Assembly (NCBI GenBank): GCA_000165425.1
Contig: CT868241.1
Span: forward strand, 62,001 to 126,000
Origin: Paramecium tetraurelia
Taxonomy: Eukaryota
Direction of reading: 5' to 3'
DNA length: 64,000 nucleotides
Shown here piece by piece: positions 54,761-64,000 of the stretch. The notes under the pieces were generated by a model. It did not search any database. It was not told where the DNA came from and worked only from the letters and a program-made list of their open reading frames with translations. Every line of letters starts with the position of its first letter. The stretch's first letter is position 1. The translations under genes were made by a program, and so were the position numbers.

Positions 54761-54804
54761 CATATATATATAATAAACCGGGCAAAAATTTAAATTAAAA
54801 TATT

Positions 54805-57800
54805 ATGTGGATCAAAGAAATCATTATCGAGGGTTTCAAGTCTTATGCATAAAGGACAGTAATAACGAATCTAGATCCGGAATTCAATGCCATTACTGGA
54901 TTGAATGGTTCAGGCAAATCCAATATTCTGGATGCAATTCTCTTCTGTTTGGGATTGAGCAAAGAATACGACACAGTATGAATATCCTATATGTTTATTA
55001 GCTTCGTATTAAGAAATTGCAAGAGTTGATTTATAAGAACGGTGCAGCAGGAATTACAAAAGCTGAAGTGACTATTGTCTTTGACAATCGCAGCAAAGAG
55101 TAGAGTCCATTGGGATATTAGGATTGTGACAAGATCACAGTAACCAGATAGATTACAGCTGATAAATCCAAATATTTCATTAATGGCAAATCCGAAACCT
55201 AGAAGAACTTCAAAAATATGTTCAGATCAGTCCAATTGAACATAGATAATCCTCATTTCTTGGTGGCATAAGGCAGAATAACTAAGATTATCAATCTTAA
55301 ACCGTAAGAACTAATAAGTATGTTGGAGGAGACAGCAGGAACTTCGTTGTATAATGAGAAAAAAAGAGAGGCTTAGAAATTAATATAGAAGAAAGAGGAG
55401 AAGCTAAAATAAGTAAATGAAATCATTGAAACTGAAATCTAACCTCAAATGTAGAAATTGACTGATGAGAAGAATATCTTCTAATTATGGAGAGCTTAAG
55501 AAGCATAAATCTTGGTTTTGAAGAAGGATCTATTTAGTTATGATTACTATTAGAAGGCTAAGACTTTGAGAATGAAGAAAAACGATTTGCAAATTGTGAA
55601 CGAATAAATTAGTAATCAAGAAGAGAAGATGAGATACGAAAATGCTGAAATATCCACTATCTAAGAGAAAATACAGAGTTTGTAAGAGTAGAATAGGAAC
55701 AATAAATACGACCAAATTACAGAAAAATACAAGGAAAAATAAAAGTTAGTGAATACCTTAGAGAAATAAGTGTAAAATACCAGGAGACAAAAAGAAACTA
55801 TAGAGAGTGAGAAGATAAAATTAGAACATGCATTAAGAACATATCAAACTGATAAAGAGAGAACAGATTAGAAAGTAGAAATAGCTGATCGACAATTAAA
55901 GTAAGTGTCAGATGAATTGAAAGAGAAGAAGGAGCTCTTGGATGAATAAACAGGATAACAAAACTCATCTGAAGATGGTAATATTGCTTAAAATGGTAAA
56001 TAGATGATTTAAAGGTAAATTAATGACACCATTTCTCATATAGATTCTAATAGAAAAGATTTAGAACAAGTAAATGAACGTTTATAAAGAATTGATAATC
56101 ATATGTTGAGTTCAAAGACTATTTATGAATAAATGTAGAAAGAAGCTACTAATCTAGACACTAAAATTGAGTTATTAAAGAAAAGAATAGAATAAAGTGA
56201 ATCTGAGATTCAAAAGTCATCCAGTTTAGAATAACAATTATTGGATTTGAAATCAAATAGAGGAGATTTAGATTAATAACTATTAGAAATTAAGAAACAA
56301 ATTTCATAATCATAACCATTTATATTTCAGTTGAATTTGTCAAGAATGAAGGATTGGGATTAGAATAGAGTATATGGTAAATTGTTCAGTTTGTTCGAAG
56401 TGAAGGATGAATAATATATGAAAGCATTGGAATTCGGTGCTGGAGCAAAGTTATAAAATATAGTTGTTGATGATTCTACTACATCCACATACTTGTTGAA
56501 GAATAATATATTGCAAACTCATTCCTACATAATCCCTAATAAAGAAATTCAATCTAGTGAAGCCAAGAAGGAGTTTGTTTAGGCTGCGGCTCAAATTGCA
56601 AAGGAGAATGATGGATTCGCTAAACCTGCTATCGATTTAATTTCCTTTTCAGATAAAGTGATCAACTCTATGAAATTTGTGTTTGGTAATTTCATCATTG
56701 CTTCATCTATGGATATTGCAAGAAAGATTGCCTATCATCCTTCAAATGTCTAAAAATGTAAAGTTGTTACTAGGGATGGGGATATTGTTGATCCATCTGG
56801 TACTTTGACTGGTGGTTATACTAATGAAAAGGCACAATTACTACCTAAATTTAAATCATTCAATAAATGGAATCTAGAATATAAAGATATTCAAGGATAA
56901 ATTGATAAAATTGAATCTTAAATTGAGAAGATTAAATAAGACATTGAATTCAAGGAATAATTAAATAGGGAAATAACTTAAGATAAATATCAATTAGAAC
57001 AATTGATGATCAAACAAAGAAAGAGCAATCAATTCAATTTCTAGAATGAATAGAATAAGTATCTTAATGAAATTCAAGATCTATAAGTTGAATAAGAGAG
57101 ACTCAAAAAACAAATCAAAGAAGGTGAAGATAAATTAATAGAATTGAAAAAAGAGTTATAATTAATTCAGCAGGGTAAGAACACCAAAGAATTGATTCAA
57201 GCTTAAATAGATAGGACGAAAAAGGAAATTAATAAATTAAAGCAATAGATAGATCAATAAAAGAAGGAATTGATTTAAAATCAAGTGGAAAGTCAAAATT
57301 TTGAATAAGAAATCGCTAAATGTACTAAGAAAATCAAAGAAGAAACAAATAATTTAGACAAAACTTCCGCTACATTGGATTCAATAATCCATGAATTGAA
57401 TACAAACAAAGATTAATTTTTGAAAATAACTGAGGAAAAGAATTTATATGAAAGTAAAAATGCTATTCATAACAATTAAATGACTAGGTTATTAGAGTAA
57501 TTGTAAGAAAGATAGAAATTCTTGAATTCTACAGTCGAACAACTAAATGGACACTAAAATGAACTAAAGAAATTAGAAAGAGAACAGCATGATCTGAAAT
57601 AACAATTGAAGTCATTAGAAGACTAGTATGATTTTATTAGATAAGATAAAAATGAATTATCTTAAGACAGACTATCAGAGAAATTCAGAGTGCTAGAGAC
57701 AATGGAATATGAAAAAACTAAATAATAGTTCTAGAGATTGGAACATGATCAAGGGAAATTAGGAAAACAAGTTAATTTTAAGGTCGAAGCTATGACTGAA

Positions 57801-58370
57801 TAAGTTGAAAAGGAATTTTAGTCTTTGAAGGACAAAAAATTAATTTTAGAAAATGATAAGTCCATGCTTATTTAAAATATGGGAGAATTGGATGACAAGA
57901 AAATTAAGACTATTGAAAAATGTTTCTTGGAAGTCAATAAGGATTTCTCATCTATTTTCAGCTCATTGTTACATAATGCCTAAGCCAAATTAGGTAGATT
58001 GGATGGACTGTCAATTGAGGATGGAATAGAAATGAATGTGTCGTTTAGTCATCAACAGAAAAATCTATCAGAATTGAGTGGAGGATAACGATCTTTATTG
58101 GCCTTATCATTTATACTTGCTCTATTGAAATACAAGCCTGCTCCTTTTTACATTTTAGATGAAGTTGATAGTGCTTTAGATTTATCACATACAGAAAACA
58201 TTGGTTAGATGTTGTCTTAGAATTTCAAGTAATCTCAATTCTTACTGATTTCGTTGAAGGAGGGCATGTATTAGAATGCAAATGTTTTGTACAAAGTTCA
58301 ATTTGTAGATGGAGTAAGTAAAATTGATAGACATGAACTAAAAAAGAAGAAATAATAATAATTAAAATGA
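54805..58370 (+). CDS. SMC2: Condensin subunit SMC2
   Basis: [47 protein letters not shown], hinge [44 protein letters not shown]. Confidence 0.96.
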
Positions 58371-58413
58371 TTGATATATATTAAATATATATATAAAAAT
58401 TATATAAATTAAG

Positions 58414-58845
58414 ATGAAAAATAAAGGGAGTTTTATAATAAATAAGAAATCTTCAATTAAGAGTAGTAAATTGTTTTTGTTTGAGAATCTTTTATTTGAG
58501 GATGTCCCTCTGGCTGCGAAATAGGCTTACTTGGAATGTCTAGAAAAACAAATTAATGATTTAGATGTTATGAGAAAATAATTAAATGAGAATATATAGA
58601 AATAGGAAATGATTAAAAAGCAATAGTTACAATTCAGAAAAGAAATTGAAAACATTTAGAATGATTAATAATTGGATCACAACATCATAAATTAATCTAT
58701 GCTATTGAGTCAATTCATCAGTGAATAATAAAAGATAGATACTGGTTTAATTGAATAAAGCTATTTAAAAGATTTAGAATACTTGCAAAATTAACAACTC
58801 AAAACATCAAATCAATTCGTCCCTTTTGAAAATGAATTTTTATGA
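58414..58845 (+). CDS. Hypothetical coiled-coil protein (143 aa)
   Basis: Intronless MKNKGSFIINKKSSIK...PFENEFL*. Confidence 0.55.
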
Positions 58846-59172
58846 TTAATAAATTATATTTTTAACTCTGTTTTTGTAATCAAGGCTTACTTTTTGAGAG
58901 CCTATCTATGAATAGTTTGAGAATAATTTAACCTGTAATAGATTATGGCGAGTAAATGATATTTTATCAAATATAAAATATTTCAAGGGACTTTCAAATA
59001 GAGATTGAGCAATTAGCTGAATTAAATAAGCTATTTGGTTGAAATCTACAAAAAGACAAAGTTATATAATCTAATGGAATCTTCTAATACTAAATCAAAG
59101 ATCTATAATAATATTGTGTTATTCATAGAATACTTATTATATTTTATTAATAATAAAATTAAATCATTGATA

Positions 59173-60194
59173 ATGGAATCTAGAAGCACTGGTACAAAGA
59201 GACTTATCTCAGTTGGATCTCTGTCAAACTTTGAAAGAGCTGAATTTATCTCTTCTAAAACTGACACTAAATAAAGATTAGGAGAGCTCTTCATTTATGA
59301 ACCTACTAAACTAGAGAGTAAATATGCGTGTTCATTATAAATTAAGTGTTTGGATTGAGATAATAGATTGTTAGTACTCGAATTCCTAAGTTTGATCATC
59401 CTAAACCTATGTTTGAATTGGATTATCAACCAGAAAAAACCTTAACACATGTTGCATCTCAAACTGAGTGTTAAAAATGCAATCATAGTTAAAGTAGGAT
59501 GGTGTAACCTAAATTAAACATGGAACAATTGCATTTATCTGCTCCTTCATTGTAACCCTATGAAAAATAAGAACCTAAAGTTATAGTTCCTAAATAATTG
59601 CAAAGCCATGTATTGAGACAAAAAAAGAAGGATCTTCCCCCTATTTTACAGTATTCCTTTGTTTAGCCTCCACCTGTCTTTACATAATCTGCCAAGGCTG
59701 TTAGAGAACAGAAATCTTTCGGCAAATTATCATAAGGCAGAATATCCAAGAAATTTGACAGCGAATTGGTTAAAGTCATTCAATAGGAACTCAGCAAATA
59801 ATTACATAAGATGGAGGATGAAATCTCAGAAAAAGGATATAGTGTCCCTCTTAAATATGTATAGATAGATTTATACATTTCTTTTAGTAAAATCTCAAAA
59901 GAACTAAATAAATGACCCTGAGTAAGAAAATCAAATAAGAAAAGTACTCTTAAATCTTAAATGAAAAGAAAACTGAATCTTAGTTCTTTATGTAAAAGGA
60001 AAAAGAAAAAGAAATCCAATCCATCATATTTTTCAAATAACCTGAAAAAAGTCAATCTCAAATTCGCCTCTAAAAAGAAGAAACTAACAACATAATCTTT
60101 GGCTATTCAAATAGATTAGAGGAATAAGCATGATTCAAATGTACTCGAAGTTAATCATATTTACATTATAAATAATTACATCTACTCAAATTGA
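59173..60194 (+). CDS. Hypothetical protein
   Basis: MESRSTGTKRLISVGSLSNFERAEF..., intron near 59318; 3' end approximate. Confidence 0.5.
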
Positions 60195-60472
60195 ATGCTT
60201 AATGTTACAATTGTCGTATAATTCCAACCTTGAACTCTAAGATTCTGATTCTGCAATGAGATTATTTCTATTGCAAATTGCATTCTATCCCCAAATTAAT
60301 TCATTTTTAATTCACACAATTAGGTTAATAAATATGTATATGACAATCAACTAAAACCTCTAGAATCTTTATATTTAGAGTACTCTTAGAGTAAAGTAGA
60401 TTAATAAAATATATATATGATTAATTATTATTATTATAATAAATATATTAAAAAATCACTCGAAATTGTTCT

Positions 60473-61522
60473 ATGTCTGATACAATTAATCAAGAAGTTC
60501 AAGAAAATAAATAAATTGATACTTTTGAGGATTCGTAAGAATTTAGTTAACAATTACCTGATATTTCTATAGCCATGATCTAATTTCAATAGTAGAATGA
60601 TATTTAAATTAATGATAAAGAGAATAAATAAATAATAAATTCTTATCCCAATTAAGATTTATAGGAGTGGAATAATTAATTATAACAACACAATACAAAA
60701 TTATAAGAGCAAAATACAGAATTACTTGAGCAAAATAAAAAATTTTAGGACCGGAATAAAAAATTAGAAGAGCATAATACAGAATTAGATTAGCACAATA
60801 CAGAATTACAAGGGCACAATACAAAATTACATGAACACAATACAAAATTACATGAGAATAATACAAAATTACATGAGAAAATCAAAAATTTACAAGAATA
60901 AAATACAAAACTATAAGAACGCAATACGAAATTAGAAGAACACAATACAGAATTGGAAGAGCAAAATGCAAAATTCTAAGAGCAATAAACTAAATTACAG
61001 GAGCACAATACAGAATTACAAGAGCAGAATACAAAATTACAAGATCATAATACAAAAATACAAGAGCGTAATTAAATGTTGCACTAATAATTAAGTTAAA
61101 CTGAAAATCAATTCAACTTGATGAATCAACGTGTAGACGAATTAAATCAGTAAAAAAATCAAAATCAAACAACGGTTAATGACCTTAAAAAGTTAGTTGA
61201 TTAATAGAGAGATTTTATTAATTAAATTAATAATGATTAGGCCTACTTGGATTTGACTGAATCATTAGAAATCACATTGCAGAGATTAAAAGAAATGGAA
61301 AAGAAGAATGAAAAGTTAATGGAAGTGAATCTTTATTATAAGACAAAATATGAAGAAAGCCTAACTTATATAAGAAGCAGCAAAGAAGAAACTTTGAATC
61401 AATAAGATAGGATAGATCAATTGAGTCAAAATTATTAATAATCATCTGAAGACTCATAATCAAAAATTAAAGACTTGGAAAATGAAATTAGATTTTTGTA
61501 ACATTAAATTACAAATAAATGA
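60473..61522 (+). CDS. Coiled-coil protein with 20 tandem LQEHNTK-type heptads
   Basis: Open 349-aa ciliate-code frame MSDTINQEVQENK...QITNK*. Confidence 0.75.
60659..61078 (+). repeat. 21-bp coding minisatellite, about 20 imperfect copies (consensus TTACAAGAGCACAATACAAAA)
   Basis: Read directly; encodes L-x-E-[HQR]-N-T-[KE]. Confidence 0.9.
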
Positions 61523-62413
61523 TTCATATTTTTAAACCTAACAATTTTCAAGGCTTAGAAGCAGAATATTATTTTAGATAATATATGAATTTTTAACCCT
61601 TTTGAGATTGAAAATAAAGCAAAATATAAATATATATATTACAATTTTTTGGTTTTGAAATTCCATAGTTTCTTTTGAGTAGTCTATAGTAGGACTTGTA
61701 AGAAGAGCTTAACAGAGATAGGCTATTATTCATGCTTACCATCCTGCATATAGTCCTGATGTGCCCGAATTTTACATATCTGATAATTTATTTGCTTTAG
61801 ATCAAAAAAGTCAAGCATGACAACAAACTAATAAAGAATTTGATAGATATATAGACTAAAAAGAGTTTAATTAATTAAATCTGACTTTTCCGAATACACA
61901 AATTTCAACTTTTTTTATATTTCTCAATCCATTGAATTTCCTTCTATAAAACTGTGCCTAAAGAACTGTTCACTTTTAATTATCTGAAATAATTGATTGG
62001 TGTATTCATTAATTTGGTTTCTTATAAATAACTTGATATATTTAAGAAATGAGCAGCTCATCTTCAATTTTGTCGATATAATATAAGCTTATTTTTTGCC
62101 TTCCAGAAACAGAAATAGATATTAGGACATTATTTTTAGTGACCCTAATAGCCATTTTAAATCTATCTTAAAATGTTTATAACCTTCTTTTAGCTGATTT
62201 CATTAATTTTACATTATACTTATTTAGTAATTAAATAAATATAATTTAAAACTAAGTAAGTAATATTCTAAGAACAAAATGATCAAACGAATAAAATCAA
62301 AAGTTAACTTGAAAATGGAATATCAGTTTAAAATCTATATATTATTACTCAAAATATAGAAGAATATTGCAGGTAAAATTTAGCAATAATTTCATTGATA
62401 AATATCTTTAATT

Positions 62414-64000
62414 TCAAGAAAATAATTTATTACTAGCAACTTTCACTTTCTCCTGCTTAAACATCTATCTGAAAACATATTGAACTTTAGGATAGAGTTG
62501 CTTTGCAAAAACTATTCCAAGGCACGTTATCAAAAAATACATCTAAATAAATCCTAAAGTAACTTTGTTTTCATAGGAAATAGCCATCTGAGTAAAATCA
62601 AAATATAAGAATAAGCTTAAACTAAATATTGTCAAGACTCCTTCAATTATTAATAATATAATCCTATCAGATTTGGAGCATAATTTATATTAGTAGGTTA
62701 TATAGAATGAGCTTACATTGCTAAAAGAAATTAACAGCAATTACAAAATTTATTCCCTTTAGAACTCTATTAATACAATATGGAAAAACATCGTTCTGGA
62801 AATGTCTAAGCCTATGAATTTTATTTATTGAATTGCTTTTATATTTTTCTTATGGTAATCTCCACATACACTAAATAATTTTAATAACAAGCTAATACAC
62901 ATCAAAAGTATTGAAATTGCAAAAAATGTAGTTAAAATGCTTCTCAAATTATTTACTCTATTATAATAAATTTGTAAAATCACTTTAAATATCAAATCCC
63001 ATGAATTAATGTAAATAGGTTGTAGCATTTTATTATAATTTTAAAGATACCGTATTTTCATTATTTAGGTGATGCTATTTTTAAAATTAAGTAATAAATT
63101 AGTGATTATTAAAAAAATCTTTGATTAAATAGTTGTTTGATATTCGAGACTTTTCATATATTAACTTAATCTTAAGAATAAAAGAAAAAGGTTTCTGGCA
63201 AAATAAAATAATGGTATCAATGCTAATGCTTAAAGAAGTTGTGGTAAAATATTTGTAAAAAGATCAACTTCTACATGATATTATTAGAATTTTCCACTTA
63301 ATTCAAATTATTTTTCATTTCTTGTTATTAAATTTAAATAATCATCAGCTTCAAAAAGGTTCAAATAAGATGTAAGAGATAGCAACTCCTATGCTTAAAA
63401 ATAAATTTAAAGGTTTTCAGGATAGTCCACATTAATAAATCGTAAGAATGATTAATATTACAAAAGATTCAGTGTTTCAATAACGAAGGAACTTTAACCA
63501 GAAACTAAAGAAACTGCACATATAGTTATTGCTCCAATCATAAATGCTTTGTTGGATGATTAAGCATAATTGGATAACTATTTTTATTCTCCAGATATTA
63601 TTTTTGGGAGTTATAGAATAATTTATTCACTGGGATTAAAAATGGTTTAATTATTTGAGTTAACAACTACTTGGTTCAATTAAACTTAAAGAACAGATTT
63701 TGTAGAAAGCTGTTAGAAAATGTCAATTACAACCTAATACTTTGCATTCGAAAGGTCGAATGAAAGATCTTAAATTGCATTAATAGTAATATTATAATAT
63801 TGGGAATCTAAATCTGTGATGCTAATATTAAATAGTGTTTGGTCTTTTAATATATTGTCCTAAATTTTTACTTCTTAGTCAAATGTAATATCAACATATT
63901 AGAGAGCATATAATTATTTGTTGTAGGTCAGTTACATGATTGCTTTTTTTGAATATACGCATTCATTATCTCGACATACCTTATTATCTTTCCATGAACT
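62414..64000 (-). CDS. 3' part of a large ciliate membrane protein with a multi-TM C-terminal module (starts beyond the window)
   Basis: ETLNLLQYQSFLRFINVDYPENLQIYF, GKFQQYHVEVDLFTNI and several TM helices; ends ASNKLFS*. Confidence 0.75.

Noticed and set aside
60659..61078. CRISPR-like or telomeric repeat array
   Set aside because: Contiguous 21-bp coding repeats with no spacers; no G4T2/G3T3 telomere tracts seen in the window
2043..62830. Many supplied ORFs (e.g. 2043-2228, 6018-6209, 15984-16271, 20021-20251, 47205-47420, 54807-55001, 60609-60866)
   Set aside because: They are antisense shadows or wrong-frame fragments of genes that read properly under the ciliate code

Overview
This is very AT-rich, gene-dense eukaryotic DNA that reads correctly only with the ciliate genetic code (TAA/TAG = Gln, TGA = stop) and 20-30 nt GT..AG introns. 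It looks like a Paramecium macronuclear chromosome segment, so the supplied standard-code ORF track is fragmentary and often in the wrong frame or strand. Manual retranslation gives about 40 genes. Recognisable ones are a two-pore channel (TPC), two bZIP factors, PP4R3/SMEK, DPM2, VIT1, a Cache-domain membrane protein, a trichocyst matrix protein, NAP1, a mitochondrial carrier, GST-zeta, BBIP1, a RAP-domain protein, SAR1, an ABCC transporter, RPB10, an H-type lectin, an RBR E3 ligase, ARPC5 and SMC2. The most notable candidates are: (1) a compact two-repeat ion channel with CatSper/CavAb-type SLDDW and TLDDW filters and nearly uncharged S4 helices; (2) a 55-aa microprotein resembling plant SIAMESE/SMR CDK inhibitors; (3) an EF-hand TPC with acidic filter residues; (4) a divergent VDAC-sized beta-barrel candidate; (5) a divergent ARPC5. 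All calls come from hand translation and motif recognition. No database search was run, and coordinates include predicted introns.
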